Origin: Thermofilaceae archaeon
GTDB lineage: Archaea > Thermoproteota > Thermoprotei > Thermofilales > Thermofilaceae
Length of the DNA: 64,000 bases
Direction of reading: 5' to 3'
NCBI GenBank assembly: GCA_038727095.1
Contig: JAVYWK010000008.1
Coordinates: 1 to 64,000 of the forward strand
The notes under the pieces were generated by a model that worked only from the letters and a program-made list of their open reading frames with translations, had not been told where the DNA came from and did not search any database. Positions 9,401-17,800 of this stretch are shown piece by piece; within the stretch, counting starts at the first letter, position 1; every line of letters begins with the position of its first letter. Position numbers and translations under genes: made by a program.

Positions 9401-10880
9401 TCTCGGCCGACAGATCGTAGCGCGTCGGAACGAGATGGGTCCTGCTGACCTGCCATTCAGAGTTGAGGAGCCGCACGACGATGTAAGAGGCGATCTCGAG
9501 GTAGGGTCTCAGTCGAGTGAAGTCCGCGTACCTCGAATCGTCGATGGGTATCCCGAGGTAAAGCCTACCCGAGCGCCTACTAACTATCGAGAAGGCGGGA
9601 AGACCCGCGATGGATACGGCCTCCGAGTCCAGCATGTAGGGGAAAGGCTCGGTGCCCCAGAAGCCTTGGTAGTTGAAGAAGATGCTCACGAGGCCTGACG
9701 GGTCTTCAACGCCTAGGGTGCTTTTAACGTAAGCTGTCACTGCATCCTCCCGTAGGATGCTTTGGACAGCCGTCATAACCCACGATAACCTCCCCGGGAA
9801 GCCACCGCTGTGGATCGAGTTTCCACCGTAAGTCGTGTAGAAGCTCGCATGAAGCAGCTGCAGCCCGTCGGCGTCGCTGGCGAACTTGTCTAGGCCTACG
9901 AATCCCCAAACTGTAATCCTTCCATTGGTTACGTTCTCGCTGAACAGGAGGTCCTCCACAAAAGCTCTCGCTCCAGCTAGAGCCTGCCAGTGGCCTGAGA
10001 GGAAGGCTACCCAAACGGTGTAGCGGGGGCGGTTCTCCTTGAGGTACTTCGCCAGCTCGAGTAGAAGCGCGGGCGCGACTGCTTCAACCCTGCTAGCTGC
10101 TAACGCTGGCACGACGGACCACGAGTCGAAGTGGGCTGACAGGATGACGACGTCGTTGGGCAGGCTGCCCTCAATTACCGCAACATAGTTGACGGCTTCC
10201 ACCTCCCTCCACTCCACCCGTGAAACGACTCTAACCCTTCTAGCGCTCTTGAGAATCTCCCAGTCGTTTCTTCTAACGTACAAGCGTGGGAAGTTCAAGG
10301 GCGTGTCAAGGAACTTCTTCTCGCACTCGAAGTAGGTGGTGTCGTCGGGCTCGATGAACACCACGGCCTTGGCCCCCAGCTTCGCGGCGTTGAGCCAGTT
10401 ATCCTGCGAGTTGAAATCCATCACGACTATGCTCCCTTCGACATCCTTCCCATCGAAATCTGACAGATCGCCGCGACCTACGTAGATCAGAACTCCTTCG
10501 AAGCCGCCCGGTGAGGTTGAAGAGGGGTTCACCCCGTTAGGGTACAGCGAGTGAGCCTGGATCCGCGCGGTGAAGGGCTCGAGAACCTCTATGTACGCTT
10601 CAACCTCGATCGGCACCAACACCTTAAACGTGTGGTTGATGACTTTGAGCCCGAGCTCGCGGCTTAAGAAACCATATATGTAGTCCGCCGCCTTATAGTA
10701 GCCTGGGTATCCGGTCATCCTCGAGCCGAAACTGGAAAGCGTGACTGCGTGCTGCTCAACGCGCGTAAAATCGATAAGAAGCAAACGCTCTCGGGGCTGT
10801 GCCGGTGCCACTTCAACCAGCTGGCCAACAGCCAGAACTAGTAGAATCCAAGCTGCAACAGCCGCGGCTTTTCGCTCCAT
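6396..10880 (-). CDS. large membrane protein: signal peptide, PA/M28-peptidase-like domain and FtsX/MacB-type permease domain
   Basis: Signal peptide; SRMTGYPG; PA-like IYVGRG...VEGSIVVM; ILSAHFDS; two TM clusters; KERTREIYVLSAVG FtsX signature. Start placed at ATG 10880. Confidence 0.8.
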   Translation of the reverse strand: MERKAAAVAAWILLVLAVGQLVEVAPAQPRERLLLIDFTRVEQHAVTLSSFGSRMTGYPGYYKAADYIYGFLSRELGLKVINHTFKVLVPIEVEAYIEVLEPFTARIQAHSLYPNGVNPSSTSPGGFEGVLIYVGRGDLSDFDGKDVEGSIVVMDFNSQDNWLNAAKLGAKAVVFIEPDDTTYFECEKKFLDTPLNFPRLYVRRNDWEILKSARRVRVVSRVEWREVEAVNYVAVIEGSLPNDVVILSAHFDSWSVVPALAASRVEAVAPALLLELAKYLKENRPRYTVWVAFLSGHWQALAGARAFVEDLLFSENVTNGRITVWGFVGLDKFASDADGLQLLHASFYTTYGGNSIHSGGFPGRLSWVMTAVQSILREDAVTAYVKSTLGVEDPSGLVSIFFNYQGFWGTEPFPYMLDSEAVSIAGLPAFSIVSRRSGRLYLGIPIDDSRYADFTRLRPYLEIASYIVVRLLNSEWQVSRTHLVPTRYDLSAERGYAGFTVFYGRAVTYNFTKGWYDPVPRAIVELQLITSTYKLNKIFVRADSEGRFTVYGIPHAGRGAYGGTVVPFSRWFVRGWVLDESGNVIMATDLGQFGMQNFPLIIHVLHPYTNVTVVLTECVSVELFDVNIPSTLNTPSMPDPRTSYFDWWRQAPAVLQPYDLLSKSLPLSYGFYYNGFEDVALVWVQPNLRFVIAGYYGMGERAALNTIILLTNSTLDNTEGYGFSGKPGQTIRLPATAYLAAKDFYLVSYGRYRVFLERHVGSPSADEALSKAGEYLDRAERAFNARRYSEAYAYSLVARAYAYKAYITDVMPLVNDAARSMLYMFPLAAFAAFFIEKVFIHSEGVRRIAVMVTVAAALIWFFSLIHPSFAIISNLSLGLIGSLITIILLITLVMLGSEGETLRSAIERRVLGVHRAEVSRMDTVITAFSMGSEYIRRRPLRTALMLATIIAMAIALTSFTSLMPTRVTLPVVRHGYQATIDGILAKNGRGVPPATLNKDVVNVVAVMAGSRYAVLPRAWVYPPVDRGISQVAFRVVSEKGVNATIAAIVGITAAEYRLLYANFTSGAGLLSDDGNYAIISKALAQNLSLALGESIYVLGQEFIVTGIIESPEAFDRIVEADGYNSMPADPMFFQTLAKDIAVSLQAGASPPNLGVSRVIIVPFRKALQLNGYVASIAVVPLQKTSFDDLFNTVRELAYGLDTTLWFADNGQPYTSSTFTTIAVGGWEMVVTLLIIGSLNVAIMVLGNLKERTREIYVLSAVGLSPVGITVFFVAEVLVYVTVGIVLGYLLGYLTTAAMMGLGALPPQHIFNFASAFTIVGSLAIMGAALAAVAYPSYLAARLITPSLERKWKPPTKPRGDAWEIPLPMSVPSEAEARGVLAYLYEYYSGAGAVKEGVHVVRELSKPDYQARSLSMVVALAPLEAGVQQSVTVEALYDRGANRHVFLVHLKRLSGPDRPWVDGNYRFIDDLRKQMLMWSSLPAQERRRYIAAASS

Positions 10881-10956
10881 ACATGTCCCACCGCTCAATG
10901 TACTTAAAAAACTATTCAGGCTAAAACCTTAAATCCCATCACAGTGGGAGGCGCGC

Positions 10957-12888
10957 ATGAGAGGAGGTGCGGATGCAACTTCTAATGGAGAAGGTTTTAG
11001 CACGGGACTGACATGGAGGAGCCTCCTCGCGATGATTCTCGCGGGTCTAATCTTCTTGCCGGCGTCGACGTACCTTTGGCTCGCTGTAGGCGCCGGGGCT
11101 AGTGTAGCTGCTACCTACATCACCGTTATCCTGTTCAGCGCGTTAGCCAGGCTCTACGGCGCCAGCCTATCGAGGCAGGAGCTGTTCATCATCTACTCTG
11201 TAGTGGGCGGCATCGGAGGCGCAATGCCCCTATTCTACTGGCTAGTCTTTAGGAGCTACTTCGTCAACAACCCACTAAGCCTCGAGTTCAAGCTTAATGG
11301 GCTCCCAGTCCGAGACCTTGTCCCCTACTGGATGTCCCCGCCCGTTAACTCTCCAGCCCACGCGCTTAGAACGTTGTTCTACCCCGACTGGCTGCCGGCG
11401 ATAGCGGTGAGCATCACGTTCGCGGCGCTGGGCCTTCTAGCCGAAATATCGATAGGCATCCTGATTTCCTACCTCTACATCGAAGTGGAACCCCTACCCT
11501 TCCCCTTCGCGCAGATTGACGCGACCATGATCAACACGCTGTACGAGCGAGAGCACGAGCCGCTTCTCTACTTCTTCAGCGCTCTGATCGGCGGTGCCAT
11601 TTACGGTACGCTAGTGTACTTAGTCCCCCTAGTACTGGGGCCCGGTGCAGCGGTGATCCCATACCCCTGGATTGACCTGACACCCTATACCCAGTACTTC
11701 CTGCCAGGAGCGGCGATCGGTATCGCCACAGAGCCCACCGGCTTTCTGTACGGTATGATTCTCCCGCCCACGGTCACTTTCTCACTCATGCTCGGCTCGC
11801 TGGCGACGTGGGTCTTTGGGAACACGCTAACTTACACTATGTTTAGGGACTTCTCACCGGAGTGGGTAAGAGAGTATACACCGGGGATGAGCATCTTCCT
11901 CATCTACCAGAGGGCAACTCTACGGCTATGGCTGTCCACATTCATGGGGATCAGCTTCGGCCTCGCCCTCTTCATCATCGCTACCTCCTGGCGCAAAATC
12001 GCTGCCTCGTTTAGAGCGTTAACCCGCCTTGGGGGCACAAGGCGGGAGCTGGGGTACCCCTCCTCTACCTTCCTAGTCGCGCTTTTCTTCGCTTCCACCC
12101 TAGCTAGCGTGCTCCTCTACTACGCGTTGGTGCCAGGTGTACCCCTCTGGCTCCCCCCCTTCGTTTCGATCGGTTTGAGCTTCGTGATGGCGCTAGTAGG
12201 CGCGCGGGTTTACGGGGAGCTCGGCCTAACGTTCAGCTCCGATTTCGTCTACAACATGTGGAAAGCAGCCATCTACTTCAGCCCCTACCAGGGCTATGCG
12301 GGCTGGATTTACACGCCTGTAATCGCCGGCTTCTCTACGCCCTGGTATGCGAACGCGACGAAGGTGGCCTACCTCACCAGGACGAGACCGATCGACTACT
12401 ACAAGGCTGTTCTGGTAGCCTTCGTAATCACGACAACGCTGGGGCTCGTCTTCATGGACTTCTTCTGGAGGATGGCTCCGATCCCCTCCTTCGTATACCC
12501 TTACGTGATGGGCCTCTGGCCCTTCTACGCGATCAGCGACTGCCTTTTCGCCACTAGGCAGATCGTGATCAGAGCCGATCAGATACTCGGCGGAGCTGGG
12601 GTCGCCCTTGCAGCGGGCTTCGCAGGCTTCCTCCTCTCCAGAATTGGGGTGCCGATTAACCCGATTGCGCTAGTGGGAGGCACTTACGCGCTACCCCCCT
12701 ACACAATCATGGTTTTCATAACATCCATTCTAAGCAGGTACGTCGTTTCAAGAGCTATCGGTAGGGAGAAGTGGGAGCGGATACGATCAGTTGTGATAGC
12801 CGGCTTCCTAGCCGGCGTAGGAATAATCGTAGCAGTCGGAGTCGCAATCACCCTCCTCTCAAAAGCGGCTTGGATCTGGCCCTGGTAA
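10957..12888 (+). CDS. OPT (oligopeptide transporter)-like polytopic membrane protein
   Basis: GLTWRS N-terminus, LSRQE, EPLPFP motif, many hydrophobic helices, C-terminal AGFLAG. Confidence 0.75.
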   Translation: MRGGADATSNGEGFSTGLTWRSLLAMILAGLIFLPASTYLWLAVGAGASVAATYITVILFSALARLYGASLSRQELFIIYSVVGGIGGAMPLFYWLVFRSYFVNNPLSLEFKLNGLPVRDLVPYWMSPPVNSPAHALRTLFYPDWLPAIAVSITFAALGLLAEISIGILISYLYIEVEPLPFPFAQIDATMINTLYEREHEPLLYFFSALIGGAIYGTLVYLVPLVLGPGAAVIPYPWIDLTPYTQYFLPGAAIGIATEPTGFLYGMILPPTVTFSLMLGSLATWVFGNTLTYTMFRDFSPEWVREYTPGMSIFLIYQRATLRLWLSTFMGISFGLALFIIATSWRKIAASFRALTRLGGTRRELGYPSSTFLVALFFASTLASVLLYYALVPGVPLWLPPFVSIGLSFVMALVGARVYGELGLTFSSDFVYNMWKAAIYFSPYQGYAGWIYTPVIAGFSTPWYANATKVAYLTRTRPIDYYKAVLVAFVITTTLGLVFMDFFWRMAPIPSFVYPYVMGLWPFYAISDCLFATRQIVIRADQILGGAGVALAAGFAGFLLSRIGVPINPIALVGGTYALPPYTIMVFITSILSRYVVSRAIGREKWERIRSVVIAGFLAGVGIIVAVGVAITLLSKAAWIWPW

Positions 12889-12980
12889 AAGCATTCCGGT
12901 TTTCGGAAAATCCCTCACTCTTTAATTGCCTTAAAAAGGTTCGAGTAATGCTTAAATAGGATCTACTTACTACCCCCTCA

Positions 12981-15089
12981 ATGGCGACGGAAGTTAGGAA
13001 GGAGGTTGTAGAGTTTCTGCCGGGGATTACGGTTCGATCGTTGGCGCTCAGTATTCCGCTAGTGCTGTTGTACGCCTACTTGAGCGTCGTTGTCGGCTTG
13101 TACACGGATAAGAGCGGAACCTTCGGAACCTTCATCCTACCAATGATCTACCTCATCATCATCAACGAGTTTCTCGCAAGAGCCAACCCCAAATGGAGAC
13201 TCACACCACAAGAATGGGTCTTCACCTTCTCCCTCATCACCTTCATGGGAATGCACAGCTTCCTGACGATGCACGCGGCGGCGCACGTTAACCCGCCCCA
13301 GTACATTTGGACTTGTATTCCTTGGGGTGATTATCTGGCTTTTACGATTGATTCGTTGAGGGATTATTGGAGTCGTGCTGTTCCTGCTGTTTCGATTCCT
13401 CCTGAGCCTTTGCGGTTTGATGTGGCTCGGATGGTGGTGCAGGGTCGTAGTCCTGGTGAGGTGATCTCGTGGGGTGCTGTGTTGCAGCCTTTGTTTTACT
13501 GGGGTCTTGTCTACGTGTTCTACAGCTTGATTAGTGCTTGGGTTGCTTTCGTGTTTGGGAAGCCTTGGGCTGAAGAGGAGAGGTTGGTCTTCCCGCTAGC
13601 TGTCCCCAGCCTCTACCTGTTTAGGGAGGCTACTGAGGTTTCCACCGGCAACAAGTCGAGACTCTTCGACTTCACCCTACCACACACGAAGGTCTTCTGG
13701 GCAATGTTCGCAGTCGGAATCATCAGCGGAATCAACCCAATCCTCGCCGAACTCCTACCAGCCTTCCCAATCGCAGCCTGGTGGGGAGAAACCAACGTTT
13801 CGTTACCTTTCCTGGCAGCCCTCTGGCCTGGGGTCTACGCTGCTGCGATATTCTTCATCCCACAGATCGCCGTGGGTCTCGTCATGCCCAACGACGCGCT
13901 GATCACACTCGTCCTCTGCTGGATCATCTTCGGCCTACTCTACCAGGGTATCGGAGTCATGACCGGTGTCCTACCGTACAGGCCTGGGATGGAGTACGTC
14001 TGGCCGTGGGAGGACTACCCTGGTGTTTGGATGCCATTCCCCTACCGCTTTGTAGCTGCGAACGGTGTGGGCTTGTCCATAATAATCTGGATGCTGTACA
14101 GGTATAGGAGGAGGTTTGTTGAAGTGTTATCGACGTTGTGGAAGAGGGATGTTGTGGAGCAGGGTCTCTCGCTGAGGCTCGCCACAGTGCTGATGCTTAT
14201 CGGCTTCTTCGGCTGGTACGCGCTAATGGTAGCAGAGCAGGCAAGCCCAATCGTAGCACTACTCGTACCGATCTGGGCGCTCCTCTGGAACATCTGCTTC
14301 GCGAGAGTGTATGCAGAAGTCTTCTGGCACGTTGGTACTGGCTGGGGGCACACCTGGATCCCAACGTACGAGTTCGGCAGGTTGGTGCACGGTTGGCCGA
14401 GCTACACTGACGTAGGATGGGATAACCCGAACATGAACCCCGCCTGGTTCACCGTCGCTCGACACATAGCGAACCTGCACAACTGGAACATAAGCTTCAG
14501 CCCGCTCACCGCGGGTCACCAGGTTACACTCTACAAGTTGGCTCATGATTTGAGGATGAGGATGACTGATCTACTGGTTGCTATTGTGCTGGGCTCAGTA
14601 ATCTTCTCCTTCGTCGCCATGCCGCTCGCCGCCTACTTCATCCTGCATACGAAGGGAGGGCTCAACGCGACGAACGCTGCAGGAGCCAACTGGTGGCCTT
14701 GGATGGCTGCCGGCTGGTACCATAGGGGCTACTGGATGGGTACTGGCATGACCCCCGATGTTGTCGGCTGGCTGTTCTACGGCGTTGGCATCGCGCTCGG
14801 CATCATCCTCTACCTGCTGAAGACGTACGTTGCACTCTTCTGGTTCATCAACGTCCCAGCCCTCTACGTTGGCATGACCATTGTAACGTACATGTGGTTA
14901 ACCTCGCTGCTCGCTCTCATCATCAAGTTCGTCGCGATCAGAACTGTCGGAATCAAGAGGTACGAGGAGTACGCCATGCCCGCCTGCGCCGGGTGGATCC
15001 TCGGCTTCGGCGCCGCGTGGCTCCCCGCAGCGCTCGCAAACCTCTTCGCCGTCGTAATACCCAGAGTAGGAGCACTCTGGCTACCTTAA
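12981..15089 (+). CDS. OPT-related polytopic membrane protein (DUF6785-like)
   Basis: GITVRS, LTPQE, EERLVFPLA and C-terminal AGWILG echo the upstream gene; many TM helices. Confidence 0.7.
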   Translation: MATEVRKEVVEFLPGITVRSLALSIPLVLLYAYLSVVVGLYTDKSGTFGTFILPMIYLIIINEFLARANPKWRLTPQEWVFTFSLITFMGMHSFLTMHAAAHVNPPQYIWTCIPWGDYLAFTIDSLRDYWSRAVPAVSIPPEPLRFDVARMVVQGRSPGEVISWGAVLQPLFYWGLVYVFYSLISAWVAFVFGKPWAEEERLVFPLAVPSLYLFREATEVSTGNKSRLFDFTLPHTKVFWAMFAVGIISGINPILAELLPAFPIAAWWGETNVSLPFLAALWPGVYAAAIFFIPQIAVGLVMPNDALITLVLCWIIFGLLYQGIGVMTGVLPYRPGMEYVWPWEDYPGVWMPFPYRFVAANGVGLSIIIWMLYRYRRRFVEVLSTLWKRDVVEQGLSLRLATVLMLIGFFGWYALMVAEQASPIVALLVPIWALLWNICFARVYAEVFWHVGTGWGHTWIPTYEFGRLVHGWPSYTDVGWDNPNMNPAWFTVARHIANLHNWNISFSPLTAGHQVTLYKLAHDLRMRMTDLLVAIVLGSVIFSFVAMPLAAYFILHTKGGLNATNAAGANWWPWMAAGWYHRGYWMGTGMTPDVVGWLFYGVGIALGIILYLLKTYVALFWFINVPALYVGMTIVTYMWLTSLLALIIKFVAIRTVGIKRYEEYAMPACAGWILGFGAAWLPAALANLFAVVIPRVGALWLP

Positions 15090-15091
15090 AA

Positions 15092-15140
15092 GAGAATAAG
15101 AGTAAAATAGAAACTTTTTCTTTTTATTTTTCTGTTTTTC
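15092..15140 (+). terminator. oligo-T tract, probable archaeal terminator at a convergent gene junction
   Basis: ctttttctttttatttttctgttttttc directly after the stop at 15089. Confidence 0.45.
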
Positions 15141-15756
15141 TATCTATTAGCTCCTTTAGCGAGTATACTGTTTGAGCGTATAGCTTCATCTGTTTTAACC
15201 CTGCTAGTGGGGGTACGAGGCTTTCTTTCCTCAGCTCACCCAGCCTTCTAACCAGCTCCTCTTCCCCTACGCCGAGCATCCTGGCTGCTTCTGAGAGACT
15301 ACCGCTCTTGGCGATTGCTTCGAGAACTTGCATAGCTTCCTCCCTACCTAGAGCCTTCAAGCCTGCCAGCAGGTTCAGCACGGCATCCTCGACAGCCCCT
15401 TTAACAGTGTTGTAGAGCTCCTCTTGATCGACTACCAGCAAGTCGCTGAGCTCTAGGAGCTCAACCCCCAGTTTCGCGGCGAGCACCTCTGCCTCCTTGC
15501 TGAGGGCGCGCGCCACGAGTAAAGGCTTCGCGTTGAGTAGGACTGAGTTCGCGTAGAGGAGCTTCACGTCGGAGGGGCTGGCTTGACCCGCCTTCACTTC
15601 CACCGCGTACAGCTCACCATGGGGGCCTCTTGCCAGCAGATCAACTTCGCCGACCTCGAAGCCGTCTACCCTGATCCTAGCAGACTCCTCTATCACCTTG
15701 AGGCCCCTGCTCTCCAAGACCCTCTTCGCTATCTCAACGCTAGCCCTTCCCCTCAC
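15124..15756 (-). CDS. PD-(D/E)xK endonuclease-fold protein with C-terminal HTH
   Basis: GEVDLLA...AVEVKAG motif; C-terminal SLSEAARMLG helix-turn-helix. Confidence 0.75.
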   Translation of the reverse strand: MRGRASVEIAKRVLESRGLKVIEESARIRVDGFEVGEVDLLARGPHGELYAVEVKAGQASPSDVKLLYANSVLLNAKPLLVARALSKEAEVLAAKLGVELLELSDLLVVDQEELYNTVKGAVEDAVLNLLAGLKALGREEAMQVLEAIAKSGSLSEAARMLGVGEEELVRRLGELRKESLVPPLAGLKQMKLYAQTVYSLKELIDRKTEK

Positions 15757-15786
15757 GCACCCCCTGCACGCCAGCGCCTTTTATCG

Positions 15787-16818
15787 CTAGAGGCGCCAGT
15801 ACCTCCTCAGCAGAGCTTTGAGCTCTGTCATGTACTCCCTAGCCAAGCTTAGGATGGGCTCCGGAGAGCGCTTGAGGGGAGCATCGACGCTCATGCCCTC
15901 GAGGGCCCTGAGGAAGGCGGGAAGGCCGAACTCAAGACCCTCAGAGTACCCTCCCTCAAGGATAGCAGCAACCCCCTTCGCGCCGATCTCTCGGGCCACT
16001 TCGCCCAACCTTTGAAACGCGCGTTCGCCCGCTTTGAGGTGCGTCAAGCCGTCACCGTCGAAGGCGTCGAAGCCCGCCGAGAACACCAGGGTCTCCGGCT
16101 TGAACTCCCCGAGCAGGGGGATTACGATCTCCTCGATCGCTAGGGCGTAAACATCGTCGCTGCTCCCGGGGGGCAGTACCACGTTCACCTTCGTCCCCTC
16201 CCCTTCGCCCTCACCAACGTCCACGGGGAAGCCGGTCCCCGGGTACAGTGTCGTAGGGTCTTCGTGCAGGTCGATGTGGAGGACGCAGGGGTCGCTGTAG
16301 AAGATCTCCTGCGTCCCGTTCCCGTGGTGAGCGTCGAAGTCCACAACAGCCACTCTCCTCAGCCCAAGCTCGAGCAACCGCGCGACAGCGAGCGCCGCGT
16401 TGTTGAACACGCAGAAACCCTGTGTGGGGGCCCCCATAGCCCGCCCCCTCTTGCTGGCGTGGTGGCCGGGAGGCCTTACGAGAGCGAAAGCCCCTTCTCC
16501 TCGGGCTGCAAGCTCGGCAGCTTGAAGCGAGGCTCCCGCAGCTGCGAGCGCGGCCCTCATGGTTCCGGGCGAGAGGTACGTGTCCGAGTCTATGAGCGAG
16601 ACTCCGGATCCCACGTAGCGCGCTATCCTGGCCACGTAATCGGGCTCGTGAACCCGGTGCAGGTCCTCCACGCTTCCGCTGCGGGGTTCAACGAGCTCGA
16701 TGCTAATGCCGCTGCGCTCGACGGCCTCCAGCGCGAGCAGTAGGCGATCGGGCCTCTCCGGGTGCGGGAATGGAGGTTTATGCTCGAGGAACGCAACGCT
16801 GTACAACACGCTCAGCAT
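15787..16818 (-). CDS. histone deacetylase family (Zn-dependent deacylase)
   Basis: HPERPDR, RPPGHHA, GFCVFNN, DFDAHHGNGTQ, SAGFDA and LEGGY motifs. Confidence 0.92.
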   Translation of the reverse strand: MLSVLYSVAFLEHKPPFPHPERPDRLLLALEAVERSGISIELVEPRSGSVEDLHRVHEPDYVARIARYVGSGVSLIDSDTYLSPGTMRAALAAAGASLQAAELAARGEGAFALVRPPGHHASKRGRAMGAPTQGFCVFNNAALAVARLLELGLRRVAVVDFDAHHGNGTQEIFYSDPCVLHIDLHEDPTTLYPGTGFPVDVGEGEGEGTKVNVVLPPGSSDDVYALAIEEIVIPLLGEFKPETLVFSAGFDAFDGDGLTHLKAGERAFQRLGEVAREIGAKGVAAILEGGYSEGLEFGLPAFLRALEGMSVDAPLKRSPEPILSLAREYMTELKALLRRYWRL

Positions 16819-16870
16819 GGCACGTTGAGTCCCCCAATTAACTTAAATATCAAGCTTCTCGCGAAAGCCC

Positions 16871-17800
16871 GTGCGGCCCCTTACTGTTACTGTTGTACTG
16901 GCAGTGGTGGCAGTTGCCCTCGCGCTACCATACCAGCCTCTAGTCGTTGTCACCCTCTACCAGGGGGGTCTCGCCCGCATCGATTACTTCGTCCCAACGG
17001 GGGGCAACGTGAGCCTCGCCATACCGCTCATCAGCGACCCGGATGAGCAGCTGGGGGTTGTAGTCGTAGACGAGTGGGGGGAGGCTTTGGCGTACGGGGT
17101 GAACAGAACCCTCAACGCGCTCTTCGTAACCTGCTTGGACTGTGGGCTGGTTAAGGCTTCCTACTACACCCAGACGCTGACTTCGAAGCAGGGTGCTGTT
17201 TGGACCCTCAACTTGACCGCCCCTTACAGGGTGCGCGTTGTTTTACCCGAGAACGCGACGGTCGTTGGAATGAGCAGGCTTCCGGACACCGTCTACAGCT
17301 CCGCTGAGAGGCTGGTCCTTGAGTTTGGGGCCGGCCCTTTGACTCTGCAGTACATCATCCTTTACACTGCGCCACCCCAGCCCGCGGCTCAGCAGCCCGC
17401 CACCGCACCAACCACTGAGACTCAACCCCCCGAGGAGAAGACTGCTCCCCAACAACCCCCAGCGCAGGTTCAGCAGCCCCCCGCTGAGCCCTCTTGGTAT
17501 CAGCTGTTCAAACCCCCGTTTATCTACGCCCTAGCCGCAGCGGTGGCCCTCGTCGCCGCTGCAGTGGTCTTCGCTCTCAGAAGGAGGGGGGCAGCGATGG
17601 AGCTGGTCGAGCTGAGCGAGGAGGATACGGCGATCCTCAACGCGCTGCGCAACCTGGGTGGCGGCGCCTTCCAGAGCGAGCTGCAGAAGGTGCTAAGCAT
17701 GCCTTCCACCACCCTCTGGAGGAGGGTGAAGAGGCTGGAGCAGCTGGGCTACGTCAAGGTCGAGAAGAGGGCTGGGAGGAACTACATCAAGATCGCTTGA
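16871..17800 (+). CDS. membrane-anchored protein with extracellular domain, P/Q/T-rich linker, TM helix and C-terminal winged HTH
   Basis: Signal peptide; PPQPAAQQPATAPTT linker; TM helix followed by RRR; FQSELQK...TTLWRRVKRLEQLGYV wHTH. Confidence 0.8.
   Translation: MRPLTVTVVLAVVAVALALPYQPLVVVTLYQGGLARIDYFVPTGGNVSLAIPLISDPDEQLGVVVVDEWGEALAYGVNRTLNALFVTCLDCGLVKASYYTQTLTSKQGAVWTLNLTAPYRVRVVLPENATVVGMSRLPDTVYSSAERLVLEFGAGPLTLQYIILYTAPPQPAAQQPATAPTTETQPPEEKTAPQQPPAQVQQPPAEPSWYQLFKPPFIYALAAAVALVAAAVVFALRRRGAAMELVELSEEDTAILNALRNLGGGAFQSELQKVLSMPSTTLWRRVKRLEQLGYVKVEKRAGRNYIKIA

Noticed and set aside
17370-17495. CAG/CCC-rich quasi-repeat
   Set aside because: Explained by the coding P/Q/T linker; not a tandem array.
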